A stretch of DNA of 59,036 nt, the filler included, from Basidiobolus ranarum (lineage: Eukaryota): the NCBI GenBank assembly GCA_040143965.1. It is 7 parts of 7 records of this genome, joined end to end, with 100 filler letters (N's around TTAATTAATTAA, not from the genome) between each part and the next. Parts side by side here need not be neighbours in the genome. Positions count along the whole stretch, not along the records: positions 8,477 to 16,836 come from JASJQH010007854.1; positions 16,937 to 25,283 come from JASJQH010007855.1; positions 25,384 to 33,726 come from JASJQH010007856.1; 4 more parts are not named here. One strand, given 5' to 3'. Shown here in pieces: positions 13,255 to 25,655 of this stretch (positions are counted from its first letter, which is position 1; each line of letters begins with the position of its first letter). The position numbers and the translations under genes are program-made. Below the pieces are notes generated by a model, which was not told where the DNA came from, did not search any database, and worked only from the letters and a program-made list of their open reading frames with translations.

Positions 13255-14611
13255 ATGACCTTTATGGGTTATTCCCTGTTGTTTTGTGGGGTTCTAGCAA
13301 CTATGGGTAAGTGGAAGATATATTGAAATTATCCAGACTGACAACTCAATTCTATTCAATCTACATCAAAGCTTATGGGGATTACTGTGGACCTCTGCGT
13401 AATTCGTCCAACATTTGCCAGGAAGTAGCTTATAGCACAACTGTTGATAACATTGTAGCAGCGGAAGCTAATGTTAAAGGTTAGTGCTTGCTGTCTTCCA
13501 TTGCTTTAAATTGATGATATCGAATTGACTTTTGTTTAGAACTATTAAACAAGATTAGTAGAGAAGGGTACGAAAACGCTGGTGCGGGATGTTTTCTAGC
13601 TATAAGAGAGGCACTATGTGCAATTACATATAGAAAATGTGACCCAGACACGCTAAAAGTCTACCCCGTATGTCCGCTAGTAAGGTTAGTAGATGTAGAG
13701 CTATCGAAAGTGCTTGTCAATAGCTAACGTATTGCCATAAAGAGATCGTGCGATATCAATTTGCGAGGGTGGCCTAGTTCATCTCGATAAGTTCATACTA
13801 GAAGATAATATTGACAGTAAAGCACTTCAAAATTCGAGTGATTGCTACGTATATTCAAGCCAATCTCTCCCTGATGGGAAAAATGAATCAATTGTACTTG
13901 TCACCTCAACATACAACTTAAATCAGCAAACCCTTAAAAGTTCATTATATACTACAACTTCAACTTTACTGGTAGTCGCTACATCAATTCCAAATAATGT
14001 TGAAGCACCAGGTACAACCACAACCGCTACAGTTACCGTTGCCCTATCCACCAAAGAGCCATCATCCACGTTGGTTAGCCATGGCAATACCCCAGATAAT
14101 AGCAATCCTAATTATATTCAAGAGGATTTAAGTAACAAATCAGACCTGGAAGCAGTCACAAAAGCTGTTGGTACCAAATCGTCGCCTTCTACAGACAAGC
14201 ATTCGCCCGTCTTAATCCTTCGACCAAATTTAGAGGCGAACGAAACTAGTTCTAATACGCAGAATGAAGAGTTGCAAGATCGGTTTAACATTTCCTTGGT
14301 TTTTACGTTCGTGTCAGTAACTCTGATTGGCGGCTTGATCTCGGTGGGAACAGGGTTACTTCTTTGGAAACTTCGCCGTCGAAAGAACCTTCGATATGAC
14401 CAGGTCTGGGAAGCAGATGAAGAGCCGGAAACCAAGAAGCATGAAACTCAGTATCTTACAACACCAAACTTATCTTCAACCGATCAAACTCGAATGAGCC
14501 ACGAGGTCTTTGTACTAGAGGTATGCTAACTTTTTGCTGTCAAGTACGAAATGGTGTCAGCATTAACCACTCATTTTTTAGGATTCGGAGGGAAGTGACA
14601 TGGAAGCATAA
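13255..14611 (+). CDS. Spliced type-I membrane protein: signal peptide, Frizzled-like Cys-rich domain, S/T stalk, TM helix, short acidic tail
   Basis: Hand-spliced exons 13255-13306, 13372-13479, 13540-13684, 13743-14520 and 14582-14611 keep one frame with GT..AG introns. Cys spacing CFLAIREALCAITYRKCDPDTLKVYPVC...IC...DC; TM LVFTFVSVTLIGGLISVGTGLLLW followed by KLRRRK. Confidence 0.7.
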
Positions 14612-15486
14612 TCTCTTTGAAGGGAAAGCCTCCTCTCTCGTCACATACATATAGCACCATTTGACCTAAATATTTCTTATCTGATTCTCTACTAAGCTGA
14701 TTTATTATTGTATCTGAGTACTCGCATGTATATAAATAGAGTGTATTGGAATTATTGCTTCGGTTTCTTCTATATATTCTGTCACACTTGGGAAAGAAAT
14801 ATTATTGAAGGCAGATATCAAATAAGACTACTATTAAAAATATATGATGGATGCGGACTTGCATGACCTTGTGAATTAGGAGAATACATCACAGCATAAC
14901 ATCAGGTTATGATGCAGAAATCTGAACACTTATGGCTAATACTAGTTTCTTCATCAGCAATGTTATAATAGTTTCTCATTCGTGATTAGTCTGTAGAAAC
15001 TCGATCTCTCGAAGCCAATTGTGGCTTGATACTTTTGGATGCGTCACGAATAATAATAAATATTTGGTCAGTGAAAGCTCATATGGCAAATTTTAACCAT
15101 CGATTGGCGATGATAAGGGATACACATGAAGATCAATCTGTGAAGCTCCCACAGAAAGCCACGTAGCCTAAACTGTACACTTCAGGATTACACAGTACCC
15201 ACTAATACAGCGATGGGTTGGGCCTATTTTTGTAAGGTGCAGTCGACATGCACACCAAGTCACTTCACCTATCGGTTGTTAGCTAGCTATATCCGAGCTA
15301 TTTGGTGCAATAAATCAAAAGACTCAATTGTATATCTAAATGGTTTATCGGATAGTAAATGGCCGACAATAAATATCTACGTGCTATTTATGTACATTGG
15401 GTGATTGCTATGCTTAGTGTCTCTATAAAGATAACTGCCTCACACATATGATGTCGTATTGTCAGGTCTTGGAACGTGACTTGAAA

Positions 15487-16179
15487 CTATACAGTAACTG
15501 GTGGGGTGTGATTGGGATTCACTGCGGCGGATGGCAAAAGTGTTAGACGTTTTGATGGGAACAGATGCACCACTTTCTGTAAAAAAGAGGGCCTGAAATT
15601 CGAAGCCATGAATTCCAATGAACATTCAAAAGTAAGTGGAGTTATCCATCTTTCGCCACCAATAGGCTCGAGATCCTCAGGTAGGCTGGGCGGGGTTTTT
15701 GAAACTCGATAAGAAAGTGCCCACCGCTCATTCGCCGTGTGGCTACTGGGCAATCCCAAGAAAATCCCCTCTTTTTTGACGGGGAAAGATCGGTTTGGGG
15801 TGATATTCATACTACTGTATGGGGCTAATTGAATACTAGTAACCTTGGGATTTTCTAATAGGATTCCATAGAAGCAACGCCGTGTTTTTAAAGTTTTTAC
15901 CTTATACACCACCCTGGAAGTAGCTTCGTCGTATGAAGAGAATCCAAAGTCAACTGTAAACCTCCATTTCCCCTCCTGTTCAAATGTCAACGACACAGAA
16001 GTATGTCTGATTTTCATAGCAATGTGATTCATGCACAGCGTATACCAATTCCGGCTACAGATGCGAGTAGTTATGAGCGAGTTAAGATCAAGAAAGCTTA
16101 GAATGTGAGCGATTATTTCGGTAGGGTATTGGACTATGGGCAAACACAGCAGCCTCGTCGTTGAGTATTTCTTCGTCAT
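15487..16179 (-). CDS. F-box protein
   Basis: N-terminal F-box pattern IVQYPTEIIAHILSFLDLNSLITTRICSRNWYTLC; first ATG at 16179 (MTKKYS); C-terminal domain not recognised. Confidence 0.8.
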   Translation of the reverse strand: MTKKYSTTRLLCLPIVQYPTEIIAHILSFLDLNSLITTRICSRNWYTLCMNHIAMKIRHTSVSLTFEQEGKWRFTVDFGFSSYDEATSRVVYKVKTLKTRRCFYGILLENPKVTSIQLAPYSSMNITPNRSFPVKKEGIFLGLPSSHTANERWALSYRVSKTPPSLPEDLEPIGGERWITPLTFECSLEFMASNFRPSFLQKVVHLFPSKRLTLLPSAAVNPNHTPPVTV

Positions 16180-16836
16180 CTTCAGAATGGTGAAACTGAA
16201 AAATCCGGGAGCAATGATCACTCTTATATACTCGTGGAAGTGCTGTTTCTCTGTTGCAGGATCTTGATTTAAACCTGTATAATATCTTAGATCTCTTTAA
16301 TGTTTAGAGTCATGCTGAGAATATGACCAATCTTCACTGTAACTGGCCTGATCATTCGGAGTATACGATGGAGGGGTCCAGTAACTTCCAAAATAAGCAA
16401 GAGTCTACATCTACACGTCCATTCAATATGAGCGCTCTTAGTAAAGTCGCCACTGCATTCATATTCCAGCTGCTAATGACTGTTTCTACAAAATATAGAG
16501 CACTTGGTACCTTAGAGTGGAATAAGCTTTATCTGCGGGCGAATCAGTTCGATGGCAACATTATCTGATTCAGTCATACTTACTACTACCTAAAATCCGT
16601 CGTTGCTTTGGCCGCTCGATCTCCGTGTATCCCAGCATTGTATCGGAATTCGAAATCTAATCGAGCAATGTTCTAAAATGTTCTTTCCCGTACTGAATCA
16701 TTCTCACTCATTGCTCTCAGAGGGTAATACTGCCCATCGGATAAATCGAGTAGCGATTCTAGCGTAATATCCGGCTTTCTCTTAATGCTGTCTACCAGTG
16801 GCGTGATCGGCTATCATATAATTCAGTTTCTCCGCT

Positions 16837-16936
16837 NNNNNNNNNNNNNNNNNNNNNNNNNNNNNNNNNNNNNNNNNNNNTTAATTAATTAANNNNNNNN
16901 NNNNNNNNNNNNNNNNNNNNNNNNNNNNNNNNNNNN
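16837..16936. other. Artificial contig linker
   Basis: N44-TTAATTAATTAA-N44. Confidence 0.98.
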
Positions 16937-17476
16937 AAGGGGATACTGTCATGATTCTGATCTTGGCATACTGATCCACTACAAATAGAACTTCTCTATT
17001 ATTAGATTATGACATCATATCTGCTGTGCCATCCCTTCTTGGCAATCCGGTGTCAGTTCATCCAGATTATCTTATATGGAAATCATGTTCTTTGGAACAT
17101 TTCATGAAACCTAACCAATCATGCCATCCCGCTCATAATGTATTTCCGCCAAGACCTTCCATGGAAGGTCACCTGATCATCCTTACATCATCCCTCTTTG
17201 TATTGATCCTTGTAGTCCTCAACACCCCAACTCTCAAACTTGCCACAGTATATTCCCTATTCAGTATATTATATTTCACCTTGCAATATCTATATAAGCC
17301 CCATGTATTCCTTGATCAGACTTCAGTCTGATCAATGCCAGTTATCAATAAAGATTCTTGCCAAAGTATCTTCCTTATCCAGTCTTGTCTTGTCTTGTGG
17401 TCTACACCCAAGTAGTCTCCTGCCTTCTAGCCTCTTGTTGTTGTTCCCAGTCCTTGTCCAGTTCTTTATTGTGACA
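16937..17476 (+). mobile_element. Probable Ty3/Gypsy-type 3' LTR (16947-17476) with upstream polypurine tract
   Basis: AAGGGGATAC precedes TGTCA at 16947 and the element ends in TGACA at 17476 (terminal inverted repeat). Internal TATATAA (~17291) and AATAAA (~17347); CpG-poor. Confidence 0.6.
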
Positions 17477-17973
17477 CAAACTTTGATCTGATGAGATATT
17501 CAGTTGTGAATTGGAGAAGAGCTATTGAAGACAGAAGATCTACAACAGGATACTGATTTCTTTGCTGAAATAGAGCTATTTCTTGGGATTCAACAAAACA
17601 ATCTATCATAGCACTTTGAACAACAAAAGAAAAATACATGGCTGCCTGTGCAGCAACAAAAGAAGCATATATGGTTTAGAAAACTCTTAGCTGATTTGGG
17701 CTATTTGTAAAATTCATCTGCTACAATATCTCAAGATAATCAAACTTGTAACAAATTAGCTAGAAATCTCATATATCTTACTAGAGGCAAACATAGAGAT
17801 ATTGGATATCATTTTATTAGAGATACCATGGAGTATAGGCTTATTGACTTAACTTATTTCTGTATAGAAGACATGATTTCTGATATTTACACCATATAAT
17901 TGGCTAGATGGAAATTTGAGAAATTTCCACCTTCCTAAAGATTAGTTCATATGACTATTTGGTTAAGGGAGAG
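17477..17973 (+). mobile_element. Degenerate Ty1/Copia pol (RNase H) relic ending in a PPT
   Basis: Translates with stops/frameshifts to YSVVNW..EDRRSTTGY..AISWDSTKQSIIAL*TT...YMAACAATKEA...DNQ...RGKH.DI.YHFIRD. The PPT TTAAGGGAGAG directly precedes the LTR. Confidence 0.9.
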
Positions 17974-18321
17974 TGTTGCAATTAGCATTGCCTAAGTGCC
18001 TAAATAGTCATATATGACTTAGTGCTTAGTTTTCTTATACTTCACTGATATATTACCCATTATGCTCCAGCAGAATTTACTCAGAAAATTGGTACCAGCT
18101 CAGATGTTCTCAGATATATAGATTTTTCAAACTTGTGCTAGAAGCCCCAAACTTTGCACTCATGTTCCTGGGCCTTTCTTAACCTATTTTACACACTTAT
18201 TTATCAATGATGTGACAAAAGCTTAAATATCAACTTCCAACTCAATATAACAAAAAGTCAATACTACCAACTTGTCTATTTCCTCTAAACAACTTCCAAC
18301 AGGTTCCGAAATACTTTAACA
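17974..18321 (+). mobile_element. Copia-family LTR (full length, TG...CA)
   Basis: Starts TGTTGCAATTAGCATTGCCTAA after the PPT and ends ACTTTAACA; homologous to several other copies in the window. Confidence 0.85.
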
Positions 18322-20345
18322 ATTGTTGGAGGATCTTACATAATGGGAGTAGACTTTGTATGTTAGAGGTCACTGTTGACAGTACTTTAGTTACTTTATT
18401 CTTCAGAGAATTTCATGACTTATATAGTAGAGAAGTAAATCAATAATTTGAGGTATACAGGAGTTTGTGTAATAAGATATAATAGATGAGTGGGAGTGTA
18501 ATACATACTTGTTATGTAGGTATGGAGATATCCCTAATTAGAATATAGGGACTATAGATAAGTTGCTTTCTGTAAAGATATACACATCTAATTTTTGGTC
18601 CATTGAAATTGCTCCATTTTGTAAAGTTTCTTCTGCGAGCCTCAAGTATTTTCCAGGAAGAATTCCTAGAAAAATCCAAAATATAAATGACAACCTGATA
18701 GCCTTGAATTATCAGAAAATGGAAAGATATTTTGGAGAAGTTTGATGATGTTATTTTTAAATTTTTTTGTCCCATTCAAATTATAAGCTTTGATAAGAAC
18801 TTTGGAAATATTCAGTAAGCATTCACTATGCTGAACTTGGTGTATAAGTGTTTAGGGGTTTAGGTGTTTAACTTCAATATGTCAACAATAATAGTGTTAT
18901 TAATAGGACAGAGTTAGAACATTCATTTTTAAAACACTGACTTGTGCTCTGGGTATTTCGAAGCTAATACAAAATATCTGAGAAGTATACCACATTTTTT
19001 AGATTATTTCTTCACTGAAAAAAAATATACTTCTAGCTAATGTAAAATGAATAACAGGAATCTTACATGCGAGAGTAATCTTCCTTAAGATGGTCTTGAT
19101 ATTTATGACCCCTGCACATACACTAGTTGCTCATTGTACCATATCATAAATTAGCAACTTGTTGAGAAGCAGTGAGTTTCCATGGCAAATTTCCGAATCT
19201 CATGATCCTGATTCAAAAGTATATCGATATGAAAAAAAGGTATATGATTACTAGCATCCTAGTGTTGTAGCCAGCTCATTGGTTCCCATTAGCGGATCTT
19301 GTCAGAATGATTGTTGTTGTTACTGATCACAAGCCCTATCTCTATTAACATTAAGGTTATATAAGGACTTAAAAACTTAAATCTTAAACGACAGATGTTT
19401 AGATTCCTTGGTTAGGTCATCAAGATCCATTCGAGTGTAAATCAATGAAACTTCACCATCAAACCTAATTCGAACTTTATGCGAACTTGGTTCGTTGTAA
19501 GTGGAAAATGACAGTTGATTACTTAAGAAGCATCTCATCCTCCAATTCTGGATTGTTCTTTAGAATTGATGACTATTTAGTAAGTCAGGGTGACCCTTTT
19601 GCACGATAATCTCAGCTGCTTTAATGGTCTTGCCTAACAAATTCAAGTGAATTCCCACCCGAACAAATGAACGCAAAGTACTACCATTCTGTTCCCATTC
19701 TTCTTACCCTTTATATCCAAACCTATGGCAGGTATACCAATTAGGGAAATGGAGATGAACGTGGAAAAGTGAAGATAATCAGTTTTTTGATCACTTCAAA
19801 AATTTCCAGTCGCCATGGCAAACTCTATTCTAAACATAGTAACAGTCGGACCGAAGTCCTTTCCAGCTCTTATTATGTCAAAAGGAGAACTTGACGAATT
19901 ATCGTGGTTTATGCTGCAGCATTTTTGAGATTCCAATATTTACCCGACCAGATTCAAAGCCCCATGACGAGCCTTCACCACCATTCGTTTGCTCGATCTC
20001 TATTCAACTTGTTGAACAGCTTATCCATTCGAAAATAAGGATCATCAATAATTAATGGTTATAAAGAAGTCAATTACTGCACTTTTAATATGTATTGCTA
20101 CAACAAACTAAGTAACGAGATATAAGTTAGATTCACTACCATACAAATCGTCCTTACAATGCAAATTGAAATCAACACTGAACGTTTGAAAAGTAAATGC
20201 GAATGATGCCTGATGGACAAATGGTGTGAGCTAGGCTACATGATGAACAAAATTTGGAGGAAGAAACCTCACTATGAATGGAATATGAACCAAAAAAATT
20301 CAAATGGTAGGATTGCAGTGAGGAATGGTATATAGTCCACTAATG

Positions 20346-21993
20346 CTAATAGGTGATGGTAGCGAACTTCTTCTCATCAACTGGTGCTTCAACATCTACT
20401 CTGGGAGCTGAGACGATCTCTTCACGACTCTTACCATGGAACTGGCAAATCATGACATACACAAATCCACCTAATAAGAATCCAATGAACCAAGAAAAGT
20501 TGAACACTTTTTGGAAGAAATCCGGAATTCCTTGGACTCCAATCTTGTTTAAGAAGCCTGGGAAGTTAGGGATGATACCGATCACTAAGGCAACTAGGGC
20601 TGGCATGTGGAATCCGTTGCTATACCAGTAGATACCTCCAGGTTTGTACAACTCAGATACCTCTACATATCTCTTGCGAACGATCCAGTAGTCAGCAATA
20701 ACCACTCCACCAATAGGACCGAGGAAGGTAGTGTAGGATGAAAGGAAGTTGAGGAAGCCGTTGGCACCAGACAATAATTTCCAAGGGCAAATACAGATTC
20801 CAACAACCGCACACAAAATACTGCCACGTCTGATGGTCATATAGCGAGGAGCCAAAGATGAAATATCGTTTCCAGCGAATAAAGCGTTGCCAGCACAGTT
20901 AACTACCAATAAGGCCAAGCAGAAACCAAGACCGAGAATAAATTGAAGAACTCGGTTTAGGGTGCTACTAGGATCCATCTTACTGATGAATACGATAGGG
21001 TCCCAAATGGCTTCATTGTACAGGGTAATAGATGCCGAGGAAATAAACACAGCCAAGAAACCAGTGAAAAACATACTCAATGGAATGGTAATGGCCTGTC
21101 CGAGAGTCTGGGCTCTAACGGTTTTCGAGTATCTCGTATAATCAGGGCAGTTGATAGCGAAGGTTGCCATATTACCCATGACGGAGGTCACACCAGAGAA
21201 GAAGGCCCAGAAGAAGGGTTCCTTGCTTTCCACATTAGTTCCAGCCATAGCTAGGACAGAGCTGAAACCACCAGCGTTTACCACAGACCATACAAACAAC
21301 ACTATACCGGCAATGGGGAGGAAGAAGGCTTTGACCATAAACAACGGTCTAATCTTTTCGGCTCCTAGAGCAATTACTGGAATACTTGCCAACCAGAATA
21401 CAATACAAGGGATGAACTGTTTCATGTGAATATCCGGATCCGAGAAGCCTTTGTCGATATTATTATATCCAGGCCACACAGCAAGAATAACCACGTAGAG
21501 ACACTCACCTCCGAGCCAGAGATTGACACCATACCAGATCCAGGCGAGAACGAAACGCATACACACTGGAATATAGGCACCCTTCATACCAAAACTCAAG
21601 CGACCTACTACTGGGAAGGAGACATGGTATCTGGCACCTGTCACTCCAGCAAAAGTAATGGCTACAGTGATCACAAGCATACCAGTCATGAATGTGAGCA
21701 TAGCTTGCCACCAGTTCATTCCTAAGGATACTAGAGATCCAGCCATTAAGAACTTGGGAATGTTGAAGGCATCACTGATCCAAAAGGAGACAAAATTCAG
21801 GAGATCCCAAGTTTGTCTTTCCTCTGGTAGTGGGGCCATATCTTCACTCCAATAGCGATTGTTTTCGTGCTCAACATCACCATCACTGCGTTTGATCTCC
21901 ATAAAACTATATAGAAGATGACGATTGATTAGTATTTTGGAAACATTTGGTTAACTAAACGAGCAATTAAACTCACTTTTTGAGTCTTTCCAT
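20346..21993 (-). CDS. NCS1-family nucleobase:cation symporter (Fur4/Dal4-type uracil/allantoin/uridine permease)
   Basis: ~12 hydrophobic segments with motifs GARYHVSFPVVGRLSFGMKG, PDYTRY, PWKLL and ADYWIVRK. A short exon 1 (21993-21977) and intron 21976-21907 give MERLKNFMEIK. Confidence 0.93.
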
Positions 21994-24933
21994 GCCGAGT
22001 AGTGGTGGTTGTGATTAAAGTAGAAGAAGTGTTAGTATTGCTTTTTCTGAACTGCAGCTTGTAGCCCTTTTATATCATCGAGGAATGCTCCAAGTTTCAC
22101 TACAAATAGATTATGAGAATGTTTCACACCGAAATATACTAAGCATCTCTTTTTTGGATCATATACAATGCATTCATATCAGGTTTCCCCAATGGAAGCA
22201 AATCTTGATTACCCATCATCCGATGGAAGTGTCCTCGTGAGTTGATCATAGACTGAGAAGTTACAATGATGGTCACAGCAAGATACAGATGGATGAATGA
22301 AGAAGCAAGATGCCGGTGACAAAGTGCAGTCTCCCTTCATCTTAATCCAACCATTAAAATATACTATATCGGTATTATATAGCGCGGTTTGTACAGGCAG
22401 CCATGCTAAAAACCTTCAACAGATGCAGTGCACCTGGAGGGTCCCATCAATGCTGGCTAAATCTGCTCATTTCGCGGTAACAATTGTGGATTGGGTATGG
22501 ATCTTCTCCAGGTTGTGACGCAAAACACATCGAATATGATGACAAGAAATACCCTTGAATATAGGCCCAGAGGTGAATACTTGAGGATTTTGAGAACAAA
22601 TCCACACCACATGCAAATATCTGTTCAAGATATCTCTCGGACCCATCGAAATGTGTCCTGAAAAGGTGGTGATACCTAATAGATGAGTTCAGCTCAGCTT
22701 TCTGGTTCCAATATTATCTGAAAGAACTTCATGGTTACATGCATCAGCTGGTCACACCATAAGCTTATCGTTCAGGTTTATTATATGCATTCCAACAGAC
22801 ATGTACTGAATCAGGTTTGTGACTAGCAAATCGACTAGTTGCCAAATGAGAGCTATTTAGAGGCAAAATAAATCGTGGGTTCATCCCTCCGCTTTAAACG
22901 CTGATCCAGAAATCTCTTTTAATAAGCTGCCTTGTTCAAGTATACACTGGCACTGTCTGATCTGATTCTTTTTTGAGTTGGATTAATCCGCAACCTTATC
23001 TGAAGATTTGGATGAGACGGCAGTGGATAATACAGTGAGAAATGTTCCCCACATACTACACAGCGCAATCTCGTGACCGATTAATGACAAGTGATTCTTG
23101 CACACCTTGCTATATCAGACTACCACTCACCATTCAGCAGCAGAAAATGCTTGGAGAAAGTCCAACAGTTTTTGCAGAGTTTCTTGCAAAAGGCAATACT
23201 ATATCCCAGCATTATTATCTTGAACACTCGTGAAGTCACAAAATGACTGGCCTTTTACTATGACCGCTTGCCAAGGAAGTATATGGAACACCAATCTGTT
23301 GGTTAATTGCCATAGGTGCATATGTGGACTGTTGATTTACGAAGATGTAGTTACCATAAATCATGGGTACATATGAGGATGACTCTATCTTCAAACGATC
23401 TCAGATGAAAACAGACCGAGTAGGAATTACAGAAGGTGAAGTGTGTATCTGAATGGCCAATTCTAGACACTAACGCTATTACATCAGGTGGATTCCATTC
23501 TTCTTCATCTTGTCGTATTTACTTAGAGAAAGATCTATAACGCTAAAATAGATCTTAGTTTCACTCAATCTGTATGAGAAGATCTCTCCATATATCGCCT
23601 TATCTCATACCTAAACGGAACATAACAACAGCGCCTTCTTTGTGTTAGATTTGATAATCTTGTAATACAATACTTTAGATCGACCTGAGTAGACTTCGGT
23701 GAAATTCCGGTTGGCCAGCCAGTAAGTATACTCACAGGCACAAATAGTTTGGCTTGCTCGAACTATTGGAAACCTAACTTAGCGCTTACTTTAACCTTCA
23801 TGATCAGATCAAGCTAACCTGGAATACAAGGATTTGAAACATTTCCGATCGGTTGTTCAGGGAACTAGTTCAAAGCCGAATCAGTGGTTCAGTAATAAAA
23901 CAAACTAAAGATAGTACTGTTTTACTTATGTTACTAAGAAACTACGATATATGCATTTAAAGAGCCTCAGACTAGTGCAACGTCTCTGCCAGCTAACCCC
24001 TAGCCAGTGATAAGAGTACTTACCGTTGTAGACAGATTAAGCTATCAAAGTAATAGTGGTTAAACGGAGTTGGCTATCAAAGGGGTTTGTAGGTGTCATA
24101 TCTAGCTTACTTCATTCCATATCAATTCGCTAAATCGATAATTGTGAGTTGCACAGGGTTCGCTGAAGAATGCATATGCTTTTCCGAATGCATAACTATC
24201 CAATTACCCTAAACGATGCTTTTGAACTTGACGTTATTATCGTTACGTTTATAGGCACATTGCCCGAATGCTTAATCCTAGTAAGGTTATTCAAACTAGT
24301 ACCCAATCATTGTTTTTACCTAATGAATACATCATTGTGATACGAGTAACATAATGGATATTGCCATATAATCTGGAAGACTTCACACTTACATAGCTTC
24401 AGTTCAATCAAAATTGGTTGTAGAATTGGGTTGTTCATATATATAGTGAAATGGCCAAATCGGACTCTGTGCACAAAGTGGAATCTTAAGAATACTGAAA
24501 ACAAACTCTACATGATCATGCTATTTACTAACTGACTTTGGTAATCCCAATTTAAACTCGGTTAATTGATCCAATCATGGATAAGTCATAATCCCATGAC
24601 TGTTCCATGTCAACACATATAGATTGATGCTTACATTGTGAAAAAAACCACTTGTATTGTCGGTAACAAAGAATATATTCTTAGAAATATGAGTATCAGT
24701 TGTTTTATATGAAAAAACATTGTAAAGAATCCTGGGGCTGCTAGGAAGAGAGGCAAGGTGATGAAAGTATATGTTTGTTTTTGTCTAAATAACATGATAA
24801 ATGAGCTACATAGTACCAATATTAATGGGTTATTGAAAGTATATCTGATGCTATCATTAGTTTCCAGCTAAGGAGGTCTCACAAGTACTGTTGGCCACTC
24901 ATGCCTGTGCTGTAACTTTTGACTATCCATATC

Positions 24934-25030
24934 TATTGAGGAAGTTCCATAACTAAAAATGTATATAGTCATATATAGTGTAGTATTTGGTTATGCCATA
25001 TTTCACCAAGATATCACCCATTACTCTCAA
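24934..25030 (+). mobile_element. Highly degraded fragment of the Copia LTR family
   Basis: TATATAGTCATATATAG...TATTTCACCAAGATATCACCCATTA matches the 5' part of the other LTR copies. Confidence 0.55.
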
Positions 25031-25148
25031 ACTACCATAATTCCTCAACAGGTGCCTATTATAGCTGACTTAAAATTTTAGATCTTCTGAATGATATCCA
25101 GGAATTCTTTTGGTATGGATGATAATATTAACTCTGATGCATAGTGCC

Positions 25149-25283
25149 TGTTCAAATTTGCATTGCCTAAGCACCTATATAGGCATATATAGCCTAGTAC
25201 TTAGCTATCCTATATTAAACTAAGATATTACCCATTATTCGATATCGAAATTTACTTAGAATATTTTTACCAACTTGGAAGTA
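25149..25283 (+). mobile_element. Copia LTR, 5' part, truncated at contig end
   Basis: TGTTCAAATTTGCATTGCCTAAGCACCTATATAG... matches the 17974 copy. Confidence 0.85.
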
Positions 25284-25383
25284 NNNNNNNNNNNNNNNNN
25301 NNNNNNNNNNNNNNNNNNNNNNNNNNNTTAATTAATTAANNNNNNNNNNNNNNNNNNNNNNNNNNNNNNNNNNNNNNNNNNNN
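25284..25383. other. Artificial contig linker
   Basis: N44-TTAATTAATTAA-N44. Confidence 0.98.
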
Positions 25384-25655
25384 TGAGTAGAAAGCTGACA
25401 TTTATAGTTTTGTCAAGATGTAAGCAAACTAACATGTAGAATGTGTTAAGGAAGATCCCAGGAACATGTTTGCAAAGTTTGGGGCTTCTAGCACAAGTTT
25501 TAAATATCTATATATCTGAGAACTTCCAAGTTGGTGGCAATATTCTAAGTAAATTCCTTATGAGAATAATGGGTAATATCTTAGCTCAATATAAGATAAC
25601 TAAATACTAAGCTATATATGACTATATAGGTGTTTAGGCAATGCTAATTTCAACA
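25384..25655 (-). mobile_element. Copia LTR, truncated at contig start
   Basis: Closely similar to 33197-33517; ends TTTAGGCAATGCTAATTTCAACA on the + strand. Confidence 0.9.

Noticed and set aside
19560-19900. Minus-strand peptide fragments (e.g. FRIEFAMATGNF) hinting at a decayed gene
   Set aside because: They are short, interrupted by stops, and give no coherent model.
22000-23700. GATAA/TTATC motifs upstream of the NCS1 permease as nitrogen-regulation sites
   Set aside because: A few are present, but they are not clearly denser than expected in AT-rich DNA.
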